Made by a program: the position numbers and the translations under genes. Shown here piece after piece: positions 36,630 to 49,000 of a stretch of 64,000 nt of DNA. Under the pieces are notes generated by a model, which ran no database searches, was not told where the DNA came from, and saw only the letters and a program-made list of their open reading frames with translations. The DNA is from Iphione sp. A-MEVVRFRX5 (taxonomy: Eukaryota), in contig OZ320313.1 of the NCBI GenBank assembly GCA_976226885.1, positions 115,816,001-115,880,000 on the forward strand, in the 5' to 3' direction. The first letter of the stretch is position 1, and every line of letters begins with the position of its first letter.

Positions 36630-36672
36630 CTCTCAGCCCTGACTTACACGGCTAACTTGGCAGGGCTGAGAG
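36630..36672. repeat. Perfect 12-bp inverted repeat with a 19-nt loop
   Basis: CTCTCAGCCCTG ... CAGGGCTGAGAG. Confidence 0.8.
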
Positions 36673-39327
36673 CTTTATGGATGTCAAGGACAGCCGTAGA
36701 TAACGGCCACGGTGCTGTGAGCATATAGTGTCCAGGTTAAAGTGGACGTGCGTAATCAGCCGCTTGGGTAACTTCTGAGGCAAACAAACAACTCTGAAGA
36801 GGATGGCAGTAACGAAAGCAGCGGCACCTGGTCATAGGCTATGATCATGTTATGGGTTTCACAAGAGGTATCAACTTTAGGGTTTATATCCAAACAAGCA
36901 CTCGGTAACCCGTGGTCCTACGTCCGTGAAGTAGATTGGCAGCACTTGTAAAGTCTCCAGTACATCGCCTAGCCCCCGTACTCTCTGCTGAAATGTTAAT
37001 TAGGGCTGCAACTTAGGGCAGATAAAGTCTTGAGATGGATGTTGTGCCCAAGTTATTTGGAACTCCTACGATGGTTTATATTGCAACCTTATTCCCCTAG
37101 ATCTCAAACCTCTGACATAAGTGCATTCTTAGGATCAGCTACCAGATGACTATACCTTGCAATGCCTTAAGCATTGCGTCGTAACGGGCAGGACCCACAC
37201 GCCCCCACCTTGCTCGTTCGTGTCCTGCCTGCCGCTTGGCCTCTTAGGCCACTTAACACATCCATTTGCTTCGCTGGCCACCCGCTACTAGCCACCAAAA
37301 GCCCATTCAGCGTCAGTGTGGTGGACCTCTTAGTCACAGCATATTATGCCACATGCACCGTCGAAGCAGCTGGGTCAAATGCACTGTATGAGGCAACAGC
37401 GGGCAAATGATGGGGGCTACACGCCAAACAAGGCACCATCGTAATGGGCCACGGTCAACACAAAGGTGAACCCAAGTGGCGTACTTCAACTATGAGGGGC
37501 AACTTTTGCTTCGGTGGCTAATTTATTCTCCCACGCCAAACCCATTTGCATTAGATTCTGGCCTATTTCCGGTTTGTCTAAGGTTATAAGATTGTTTATA
37601 TGGGCAGGACTTCATCTCAACAATTCATACAAGAAGCACTTTGTTGATTGGTGGGATAACGTGAGAAAACATTGGCAGTGATATACATTTTGTATAATTC
37701 TTAGTCTACATCTGCTATGAAAACAAATTTTCCAGTAATTATACAAACTGCCTTTGTGGAGAGTAATGGGTCTTAACCCATGTTGAATGAAAACAGCTCT
37801 CCTGGGGATCTGTTTCATATTCATAATATTGGCACGAAGAATGATATCTACATGCTATCATTAAACTATGTAATGATACAAGTCACGCATAATGGTAGCT
37901 GTAGAAACATATGTACACGTCTTGGTGGCGTGGTGACGACCCTCTTTAGAACAGAACAGAATAAAATAATATTTAATCAAGTTCTAATCCCTGACACATA
38001 GGAAGGTTGTTCAATTGATCTTCAACAGACTGAAGCTTACTACGTGATATGTTCACTAAAATTCAAAAGATTCCTGAAATGGGACATGTTTGAAAATGCA
38101 AGCGAAGCAGCTTTTGTCTTAAGCTCTACACTGTATTATGTAAAACATTAGTATTACCAACTATCGAGCGTAATTATAATATAATGTACCTCAGTTTGTC
38201 TCCTTTTTCGCACTTACTTCCTTCCCTAGGGCCATTTTCAACACAAAAAATCAGAGTTGGATGCTTAAGCCAGGATAATGAGGGTCATCATAACTGCCTT
38301 GTTCTACTGAATCCATTTTAAATCTACTGCCTTGATTGCCATCTACTGGGCCTCTTGCAATAACCCTTTAACGACTTCACGACTATCGGCTCACTAAACA
38401 GGTGCTTGACGCCTCCCGTGGACAGAATGACAGTCACTGTCGCTATCAATCCAGTTCCGACTCCACCCTCTCGGTGAAAATCACCCTCAATATTCCATGA
38501 AAATAGCATGGCGATGTCTCCTGCGATGGCAGGACCGCTTACTGCCGCTTAATAAACAGCTTGTTAGGCAGAGAGGCCCCTCTTTGGCCTGTACAGTTAT
38601 TGTCGACGTTCCAGAGACGATGATAAATGTCCCCTGATGCTTAATGGTAACTGCCGCTTTAAGTCAGGTCCACAGGTTCACGTAATGAACAAACGAAAAC
38701 GACTTGCAACGAATACAGCAATTAGGGAGACACTGCCTTTTGTGCGGGCTCGAAAATAATGGGCATTTTATGCTAGCTAATGGGCAAGTTGTCTATAGGC
38801 AGGGTAATGAATGTTTTGTTTCAAATGGGTATATCGACGGCAATGTGCTGTGGCTACCACTACGGTTTTTGTCAGGAACTTCTCCTCCTCGAATGCTGAC
38901 CTCACGTTTGCTTAGTGCTCACCAAAAAGTGTTGAGGTACCACGGGCATGGCATTCATCAAAGTGTCAACACTGTTAACGCATTTCCTCCATCTTCGTGG
39001 AGCTTAGGGGAATGCTAATGGCTTTAGTAAGAACGACTAGTTTGCTCATTGGCCACAGCGGTTACTGTCTATCCGTACTCTTCGACCATACTACGAACAC
39101 ATAACATTAAAAAAACTTTTTTCATCAAACGAACCAAAACAATACGTTTAGGCGAAACTAAGAGCGTTACAACAAATGAGTTATGTAGCCTGTTGAGAAC
39201 ATCACGACCTGTCTGGTGGAGTTGATGTACATGTATTGGGTTCCCTGGCAAAACCTCTCCTGGTTCTGAAAGAGACCGTAAGAATACAGACTATTTGTAG
39301 ACAGATATACACGTATGCGTAACTTAC

Positions 39328-39470
39328 CACATTGATGAGCTGGATCATTGCTAACCCAAAGTATACGTTGACTTTTTCTGTGAGGTTTCTCACTGGTCGT
39401 ATGAGAGGATTATAGCCCTCGCTTTCGAAGAGGTGTTCCACAAGCCTGACTTCGTCCTCACTCCCAAGAC
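39328..39470 (-). CDS. nAChRbeta1: nAChR beta1-type subunit, mature N-terminus exon (143 nt)
   Basis: GT+LGSEDEVRLVEHLFESEGYNPLIRPVRNLTEKVNVYFGLAMIQLINV. Acceptor TGTCTGCAG, donor GTAAGT; phase 1 to 0. Closely resembles the insect beta1 N-terminus SEDEERLVRDLF. Confidence 0.95.
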
Positions 39471-39980
39471 CTGCAGACACAAAGGCGATATATTCAATGC
39501 CCGTACCAACAGTAATATTGATAATCGGGATACGATAAGGTGTGACGGCGCATGGCAAAGGTAATCGTGCAGAAATAGGGTTGGGTAATACCAGTGTGCA
39601 AGAACAAACATCAAACAAAGCGTCTCCCAACCGTGTTCAGGCTGGACAAGGGCAATCCAGCATGCAATCAAACGTGCAACTCTCATGGGAAGGGGAACGA
39701 TGATCCAGATACCATCGGGAAATACCATCTGAAATGGTGAACCTTCATTAATATACGTCAGGTCTGGACGAATGGCAAACTGCATCAGCTTTCAGCAGAA
39801 ACTTGAGTAGGTCTCGAAAGAAGGAGCAAATCGTGTGATCTTTTGTAAATTTGTCATTTCAAGAAGCAATTTCCAGGTCACATATAGCTCAGTTTGGAAC
39901 AAATTTCATTAGTTCTCACTACTTGTGTTCTGGTCTTGGCAATGTAGATTGGTGTTAATATTAAAAGAAAACCAGTACAG

Positions 39981-40096
39981 TGTGGGCGGATGAAGGCAAA
40001 TACGAGTTCAGGTAGCATAAATCCTAAACGAGCCCGAAAGGGTGAGTTTGGGATGAGAATGCTACCCTAACAAATATTTGCCTTCATCCATGCACA
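39981..40096. repeat. ~115-bp fold-back palindrome
   Basis: GGATGAAGGCAAATA (39988-40002) / TATTTGCCTTCATCC (40075-40089) perfect 15 bp; inner GGTAGCAT / ATGCTACC; central CCC-GAAA-GGG. Confidence 0.85.
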
Positions 40097-43000
40097 TTAT
40101 ATTGGTTTGCTCTTTATTCCATGCCTGTGAAATAATATTTACCATAGAAGTGTGTATTGTGTGTATAGGGTTGTCCATTGAACATGGTAGCTGCCATCTT
40201 GGGGTTTAGTAAACAAACGAAACAGAGAAATATATTTAAAAAATAAGTGTTTCAAGCAAAACTATGAGAAGGATTATCTAAATCTAACGTTGGCACACCT
40301 GTCAGAAGTCTGTTCAATCCATTTCAAAGCATATCTCCTAACCAACAAACGGTTTTGTGCAGAGTATCATCTTGGAGGTCAACGGTGGCTGTTTTGACTT
40401 GTGAGTCAATGGCGGAATTAGCTTTGCCGTAGCACCATAAATGATTAATATAGAGATTTATTATCTATATCATGCTCTTCCTTACAAGTTTAACGTTCAT
40501 ATGTACCATTTCCAAAGAAAATCAGAGCATTATTGGTGAAAATAAAAAAGCAACACCTCCCATGATGCAAAGCTAAAATGACAGCCTCCTTGCTTTAGTT
40601 TGCCATACTTATATGTGGTACACACTTCTTTACCGTACCCCCCAGCATACAGTAACCTCACTGTATCCCCTCACAGGCATGGAAAAAAATCCTTCCCCAA
40701 AACGTCCACAAGTTATTCACTTCCAATTGAAAGAAAACACAGGTACCAGTAAGGTGTTGTCTTCATTCACAAAAGACATGGTGCATAAAAATAAAGACAG
40801 TATTATCTGAAATCATGAAGAAAAAACGGATGTGAACATACATTTTACACATGTATCTCCCTCCCTCTTGCATGTTACAGACATGTACTGAGAAATTAGA
40901 AAGGTAAGGTGCATAGGTTTCATGGGCGTTACACACTTGGAGGGCAGATGTGGCGTATGTCAAACATGCATAGCAGGCAATGTTACTCTCGTTTACAAAT
41001 AAAAGGGTGGTAGGACTGCCTGGCTTCACTGTATAAAATAAACAAAAATTGCATAAGCGTCCTGGGTTATTTAAACCGCTCCGAACGATTTGGGTGGTGA
41101 GTTGTAGTGCCCTAACGGGAAGAGCCGTGCGATAAATGTGAATGTAAAGTATACTGTAAATGCACTGGTCCTGGTAGAAAGAAATGTTCTTGTAAACCCT
41201 TTTGTTCTTACTAGATAAAGAATATATGTAATGAGTCCTAGACCCAATTAAAACAATGTTGAAACCACAATTATATCGATGAAACCTATGTATGCGTAGA
41301 GTTCATTACATTCCCTGTACCCTATCCGCTCCGCATTTTTTATATGCGCCTCTCCATAAAGCCACCAAATTCTACCTTGCCACCCATGACATTACCCCAA
41401 TTGAAAATCTTTGTATGTAAAACGAGGTATGTGCAGGTGTGCAAAGAAGAGTTATGGGTGGGTCTCCATGGCTATATCCGCATATGTGTCGATCTGTGGT
41501 GATGTTGGGGGGGGGGTGCGGGGTCAGTGGGTATGTGTGTGTGGGGAGAGTATAATTGGAGGTAAGGGTTGGGTTAGTGCTGGGTAAGGGAAATGGTTAA
41601 GGAAGGAGTCAGGGGTAGGGTTGGTGGCACGTTTGAATTAATCAAGGGTTGAGTTTAATGTACATGTATAGAGTATAGTCGTAAGAGGAGAGAGTGGCTT
41701 TCACCAAGGGGTATAAAGTGATGAAGGGGTGAAGGCCGGTCATATATTATAGTATACGGTGCTATCATTGTATGGAGTGACAAGGGTACCCGAATGTCCT
41801 AAGAACCAGTGCCACATCGAAGGTATCCACGGGATCAATGTTGTATACCCGCAGCAATACCATCGACCAATCGTGGACTAAGTACCCCATACATACACAC
41901 ATACACAACACGCGCACACGCGCGTATTGATTGGCCTCATCCAGAACGGACCTGGTCAGACCGATCCTTGTGAAATCTTTTTTATATCCACGAAATCAAA
42001 GACTAAAACGTACTTTATCTTAACTCGTGAATTATAACCTGGGCAAAAGAAGCAGTACGTGCATGCCATTCAGATATATTTAATTAACAAGTGACCATGG
42101 AGCACAATCTTAACAGGTGTGCTGAACACGTGGAACGTATGCTAAGCATTGCAAATAAATAACCCTCTAATTATTGTATTGATGCGTTATTGTACAGATA
42201 GAATTTTACTATCGAACAAGGACGGGACTCATCAACCTACTCCCATAGAAATAGACGTACGAGCAAACAGCTCGAGGGCCTCGCTCTTCCCTCCCAGCCA
42301 ACCTCTTGAGGGCCATCCCTCAACAGCTAGCACACGCCTTCTCAGTGGATGTACTGTAACATGCGAGACGCGTCCGCATGGTAAGTTCGAGGATGTTTAG
42401 TAAACGTCCCAGTTCTTGAAGTTCAATATACACCGGGTTCCATGAAACCGTACACGACATCCCTCTCCAGTAAGTATCGTTGGCCATAGATCTTAACACT
42501 TGCGAAGATTGGCATCTAACATTACGAACAATATCATACTTTCCATGTGCGGGTTAAAGATTATGACTGAGAAGTATGCCAGCCTTAAATTTCGACTTTA
42601 CCTTGAATAATTCTTCAAATCCTTATATACGTCCGAGCAAATTTTAGGATGGGTTAACTCTTCTGGGAGAAGGATGTTATCTAGAGGAGAGTCCTGTACA
42701 GCTCACGGTAATGATGCGGGTGGATATTTCAAGGCAGATGGAATGTTACTGGAGATTAACAGGAAGGGGTTATAAAGCGGATAGTGATACACATCGGATG
42801 CGAATAAAGATAGCCGAATAGAAACATCTCCCACTGGTTGGTTAGTAAAGGAAAAAAATTATCATAATACCATACAGGCACTGAATGTGACGATGTTATA
42901 GAAAATTTAACCTGTCAAATGGGCGTATGACTACTACAGTTTAGAAGATATATGCCATAGCTATGTGTGCCTGCATATTGGTGGTATCTCCTAAGAAATA

Positions 43001-45272
43001 AACCGTAAAGAAATCAGCCATAAAATCCGGACCATTAATTTTGATTTTAAAAATAGACACCTGTCCATGAATGTCCCCAGGCTAGTTTTCTTTGACCACG
43101 CAAATAAAGTAAAATGCTTAATTTGTAGCTGATGACACTAACATAACAGTTATGCGCTGTGATAGTTATATCACAAAGTAGTTGGATAAATTATGAATGA
43201 CGAGACATGATAAGACCGACACATAAAACTATTGTAAACATGTAAGCCAGAAATCGTGCTTTGTGCTAAGGAACACATTAAGAGATCCGTCGTATACAGA
43301 CCCCAAACAATTTTACAATTCGATGAGAGATTATTTGTCTCTATCCAGTCAATCTCCTTATCAACGGTTTCAATCTGGTAACCATGTTTGCATGATTGCC
43401 CTTAACCCTTTTACGGTTTCGAAGTTTTTGGTAACGACCGCCTGCTTTAGAAATGCGTACATTGGGTACCCTTGACGTCAGCTTCTGATCATTTAGTTTG
43501 CAGAGATGACTTATGAGGTGATCTAAATGGTCTGGAGTCATATTAATATAGGTGGGCTGGTAATCTAGATCGATTGTTGCCTAGTTGGATAGTGACGATC
43601 TCATCGTGGTTGGGGATGGCGATTGGGATGGTGGGGTGGGGGAGGAGACCTAGTGTATGGGTCACAGGGCGAATCCTACCCCCTCCGTAGCTCTCACCCT
43701 TCGGTCCCCACTTAATGCTATTCTGCCCCGTTTGGCAGGAATAACACGTACAATCAATGCCAGTGGCTGGACCTGACACGGGATCGGGCGACGAGCAGTC
43801 GAATTGGATAGACTAGTCAGCACGCAGCCTGACGAGCTCGCATCAGCAACAGCGAATCAATTATACCACCGGCCAGGCAGCTGCAGGCGAAAAGGTGGAG
43901 GACCGAGCTGGGGAGGGTAAGAGTAGGTGGGACATGTAAGGAATTGTAGGCGAATGGAGGGGAGAGAAGCGCTTAGCTCCCTGCAGTCACGACCGGAGGA
44001 ACAGCAGAGGTCAAAAGCAGAGGTTGCTAGCTGAGAAATGGGTTGCGGCTAGAGAAAGTGCCAATCCTGCTACCACGTTGCCCTGCGAAGAGGAAACCAG
44101 AACGAGGAGGAGTTTGTAATTTCCCCCTCTCCTTTATGCTACCATTCTTTTCTGGTTGGCAGAGCTGGTAGACCTTGTAGCGTATTCCGATGAGGTATTT
44201 CACCTAGGTGATCTGGTAACCACAAATGAAAGGGGGTCATGGCCTGATCTAATTGAGTGTCTCAGCCGTGTTAAGAATTCAGGAATGAATACAGGTCTAT
44301 GACTGAGCACCCAAGTCCTCTCCTTGTGTACACAAGTTGCTTGGATCGCGTTCACCTTTGTGTGTCACCATTAGCAATAGTTCTCGCCATAGTTATATTT
44401 CATTAAAATACGGTAATGTCGATTAACTACATTTCTAACGCAATGCCAGTTTTAGACGTATAAATATATACACGTCTATACGTGTATATATTTTAGTTTT
44501 GTGCAACATGTGTATTGGTGCATACGGTATCTGCTAGTGCCAGTTTTGTTTGTTTGTACGCCATTACGTAGTGTCCTGGCAGAAAAAACAGTTTCCCCAT
44601 AGACCATCCTGGGTAATTGTTGGACACAAGTTAATGGCTGTTACACGATCGTCTACCCCAGTTTTTGCCCGGCCTGGCAGACCCCTTAGTTCTGCCATAG
44701 GTGAGAGTAAGGATGAGGAATGGAAGCCACATTCCTCCAAGAGGTATCCTGCCCTTCAGTCACGACGGCCGGACCACCTATATTCCCTAGTGAAGGTCAC
44801 CCAATTCACACCGTGGTCACCTGGGGCGGGAACACAATATGCTAACTAGAATTTGCTCCGCCCTGGTGTGAACAACAGAGACGTTGGGTTCCCACTAGTA
44901 TGAGAACAACCGACCGTCCTTGTGGTACGACATAGCATGGTGGTCTTTCTCCCAGACACCTTAGACAACGTTACAGGTGCGCCTCACAGAGATATGATGA
45001 ATTGTAACGTAAAAACCTATTTGTGTCACCAGCTGTTGCATCAATTACAGTGGGAGCCATTAAACATAAAAACAGCTTCATCAGATTGCTTACTAAATTT
45101 ACGGCTAGACACTGCATACAACACAAGAGCACTACGAAGGTAAAGTAGCGGTGCTCCCAATTCCTGGGAGGAAGAATCAGACCCAGTTGAAAAGGGAACT
45201 CAAAGTAGGTCATTCCAGACAAGACGCTCTGGATGGTCATGAACAAGCAGTTAAAAAATGCGTTCTATTTAC

Positions 45273-45357
45273 CCTTGTCTAGTAGCTGCCAGCTAGCTCG
45301 GATTGTCCAGAGGAAAACCATCAAGCCGAGCTGGAGACCGTCAGAGCCAACCCGCAT
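45273..45357 (-). CDS. nAChRbeta1: Candidate first coding exon (signal peptide) of the nAChR gene
   Basis: ATG at 45357-45355 after in-frame stops gives MRVGSDGLQLGLMVFLWTIRASWQLLDK+G, then a GTAAAT donor. 85 nt, phase 1, which matches the phase-1 acceptor at 39470. Lies just downstream of a GC-rich segment. Hydrophobic core is short, hence moderate confidence. Confidence 0.5.
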
Positions 45358-45379
45358 AGTGCATCATCAGGGCTGCGGC

Positions 45380-46010
45380 TGGCTGTGCATCCTAGCGCCG
45401 CCGACAGCTCGCAGCTTGACACAGAGGCTTCTCTCCGACCCGCTCGCTGCGTCTCCCGACCGCCACCGCTAGGCGGTGCGTTCGCTCGCTCACCCACTCG
45501 CTCGCTAGCTCGCTCACGCCAGCGCCCACCCACTCGCAGCGCATGCGCCAGCAAGCGGGGCGCGCACGCCTGCAGATACGTCTCTGGTTACCATGATAGG
45601 CTGCCGAGCCGACGGTCGAGTGGTAGGCGGACGTCGCCGCCGTCCGTTGCCGTGAAAACAAACCTAGCTGGGGGCATCCTTTTCCCTCTGGTCGCGCCAG
45701 GTCGTTGTCAGCGCTGCCCTCGTTGTAGTGGTCGTCGTCACCACCACCACTTCCAGTGCCGCTGCTGTCCCACTGGCCGGCCGCTGTAGGCCTGGTGCTG
45801 GGCTTACCTGCCGGCTTCCCGTCTGGGCGGGTAAAATGTGGGTGCCGACTGCTTCTGCTGCTGCCGCCGCCGCCGGGCCAGTTTCTAGCATGCCGCGCCC
45901 TCTTCAGCTCCGCTGAGCGACCGCCCACGCCCACGCTCAATGGACGGCACACACCAAGCGTCGCCTCCTGTGGTCGTTGGTCACGATGCTTTAATATCCA
46001 ATCTGGGAGA
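45380..46010 (-). promoter_or_regulatory. GC/CpG-rich putative promoter and 5' UTR region of the nAChR gene
   Basis: Sharp rise in GC and CpG against an AT-rich background, with CGCT and GCC repeats; immediately upstream of the candidate signal exon; strong minus-strand donor CAG|GTAAGC at 45808/45807. Confidence 0.45.
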
Positions 46011-49000
46011 TGCCGCCTAATTAAACACTATTTGGTCAATACATGTAGCATAGAGACGAACTAAGAAAAAAACAGGCAGCGAAACTTTAAGACAGTTCCG
46101 CTCTGAAAAGAAACTTGACTAAGTCTGAATACATGTAAATGGAAATGAGCACAGTGGGACCTTTATTTCGCAGGTCCCTGCTTCGGTGCAAGTTTAAATG
46201 CAATCGATCACTGATTCTTCAGTCGATGCCTGACCTAGTGCAGGAGGCACACGTGTTGTTGGTCTTTGGCTTGCGGTAGCCGGGTAATAGTAAAGACTGC
46301 GGGTGGTTCTGTTCTTGGTATTGTGGTCTGTGCTGCTGTGCTCTAATCCAAGAAAGCAATGCGATAAATCAGACCACGTTTAAGAGGTCTGTCGTGCACT
46401 CGGGGGGTTGGTCTGAGTGTATGTCCCGTTGAGGGATCGGAGGAGGGGGGTCCTTTACAAAGAGGCACCGCCAACACTGACGACTCCCACCTGTGGGTTT
46501 AACTAATCCAACTACTGTAATCTCCCTAGGCCGATCGATCCCTTCCGTGACAAGCTGGGAGTAGTTCGGCGGGTATCCAATAGATATATGTGTGAGGCAG
46601 AAGTGAGAGAATACCCCACTGACCTTTCCGGCCAATGCATACGCACACACGTACGGAGATATGTATATACATGAGCTTACAAACAAGGAAGCCTTAGGCA
46701 GGCCGTTACAGAACTACACTGGTCCTCGTAGTCGTTTCCTGCCGGGTGAGGCCGGGCTTCCCAGCTTGGTCAGCACGTGGAAGTAAAAAAAAAACGGAAG
46801 AACAAGATGGTGGTGCTACCGCTAAGTCCCTCGGCGCGCTAGAGGTCGTTTTGACATGCTGTTAGACAGCCGAATGCCGGGCTCTATGGGAACCATGAAC
46901 ACACGCCATACCAACTGATGCGTTCGGATAGGACTGGTGGTAGCATCCGTGGCAGGTGCCGGTAATATTGATGATGGTAGTCACAGCTATAGCGCCGACA
47001 GAGAGCGGTACCGGGAAGACGTCTCCTCCAAACGAGGGCACCTCTACCCAGGATCAGATTTATGTCACTTCCAACCGGCTTGACGGGCCTATATCTATCC
47101 TCAAGGGCATGGGCGTGTATTCCTCCTGTCTCTACTCCAGCAAGGCCAACGACAACGACGCCAAGGACAGACTTCCCAGCCCGACAACCAGCCAGGCAAG
47201 CAGGGAAAACTGGCAGGCAGACCAGCAAGCCCGGTACTGGTGAGCAAGCACGCGGACGACAAGCCGGACAAAGCACAGGCAGCTGCGGCTTGACTGCCTC
47301 CTAGTGTACCTCCTTGGCCCGAAGGGTGGACAGATGAGCGGCCATCTCTACAGATCAACAAGGAGCTGAAGCTGACGTCCCTGACCCGGCGGTAACAGGA
47401 CCACAAGGGACGTGTGCTTGCCTGTATTGTCTTCCGCCACGTTCTCCTCCTGCCCCTGCTCCTCCTCCTGCTCCTCCTCCTCCTGGTGCTAGCCTCGATC
47501 CGGGCGGCTGGTCGGAGTAGCTGCTGACACTGCTGCCACCGCAGCTGCTACTGCTACCATATGAGGTTGGAATATTGCTGTCAGATCACCACGTGTTGAC
47601 ACTGCCCTCTGAAGCTCCTGAAGGTAGCCCACTCACGACCCACTCGATCCATTTCAGGAAGTCGGCTGCCACCTGATGCCCCTGTGTATCGCACATGAGG
47701 GTTCGATTGCAATCTTCCTGCAGCTACCACAGACTTGGTATTAGTCAATTTCAACAGCCCCTAATTATGTGTTCCGCTCGATAGGTTTGGGAATGACTGT
47801 AGGTTTTGGAATTGTATTGATTTATTTTCCAATATCGTCAACAGGACATTTACGTCTACGGTGCACTAAGAAAAAGCTGATAACAGTATTCGATAAGTTC
47901 GTCTGACATAGATTAGGGAAAGGCCGCAAAAATTTTCAATGTTATTTACGGATCCTTCGAAGGAAATTGCCCATGTGCTGTATGTTTCCGGTGCTTACTG
48001 CAGAGGACACCTATGTGATCAACCACAACATGCACTGTTTTTTTCGATGTGGCAGAACTCAATCCACACCACCATATGACCAAAAAGGGAACGTAATTTA
48101 ATATACGTTTCATTTATTGCGATATAAATCCATCGGTAGGTGACAGATTAAACATGGCAGAGTATAACAAAACTGGCAGTTTGTTCTCAAGAGGACTGGT
48201 TGTTAGTCTCACCAAACTGTTCAGTTCACTCTGAAACAAACTGGAAGACCCAAAATACCTAAAACATTGACGTGGCATAAATCTTTACCCAAAACAATCT
48301 CGCCATCCCTCGAAAAGCTTCTTTCTTGTTTTATCCAACTCCCAAAACCATGTTTTTTCTCAGCAGCAAAGCTTGATGGGGAAGATCAGATGAGTAATGT
48401 TCAGATTTGTCCTTCTTCTCACAGATCACCCATGAACACCTGTTTATTTGCAAAACCCCCAAACGAGACTTGTGAGAATGGGTGTGCCCATTTGCATTAC
48501 TCGTATGGTAGATGTATAACACGGGGCTTCCGTAATGTCAAAATCAGCCCCCAATAATCCATCCTCGTATATTCTATGCTCTTTGATAATAATGCTGAAT
48601 GATGGATGCTGAAAATAATCTTTGTAGGACGGCGCCGGTGACACCTATCGTTGGTAGGTAGAATCAAGTTGCGGACGCGACAACAACCAGCGACCGCATG
48701 GCGCAAACCTGGCGTCAAACCCGCAAAAACAGGGAGGTCACACGGCCACTTTGATCAGGACAGCATGCTCTACATTCTTTGTGATGGAATCAAGTATGCT
48801 TCCTAGCATTTCGGAGGATCACGTGCTAAAACTACGAATCAGTGACGAAAGGTGTGGGTGAGTGTTTGGCTCAACACTTGTAGGGAAGCTAAAGAAAATT
48901 GTTTAGTAAGATTGAAACACGTGCCGAAATATTAGTAAGGCAGCTTCATGTGTGTGTTATATCTGTTGTAGACATAACTGTCTGGAGGTATGTTATGCCA

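Noticed and set aside
39202-39630. In-frame TTG-started extension as the nAChR N-terminus
   Set aside because: No ATG, not signal-like, and there is a good acceptor at 39471.
45233-46064. Several 75-186 aa ORFs on both strands
   Set aside because: Expected in GC-rich, stop-poor sequence; low-complexity translations.
46880-47560. GC-rich block with 80-130 aa ORFs and a (CCT)n tract
   Set aside because: No recognisable domain or splice pattern; probably an old TE, but cannot be supported from sequence alone.
48250-48750. Gypsy protease-like LLGADF on the minus strand
   Set aside because: Single short motif with no DTG or RT support.
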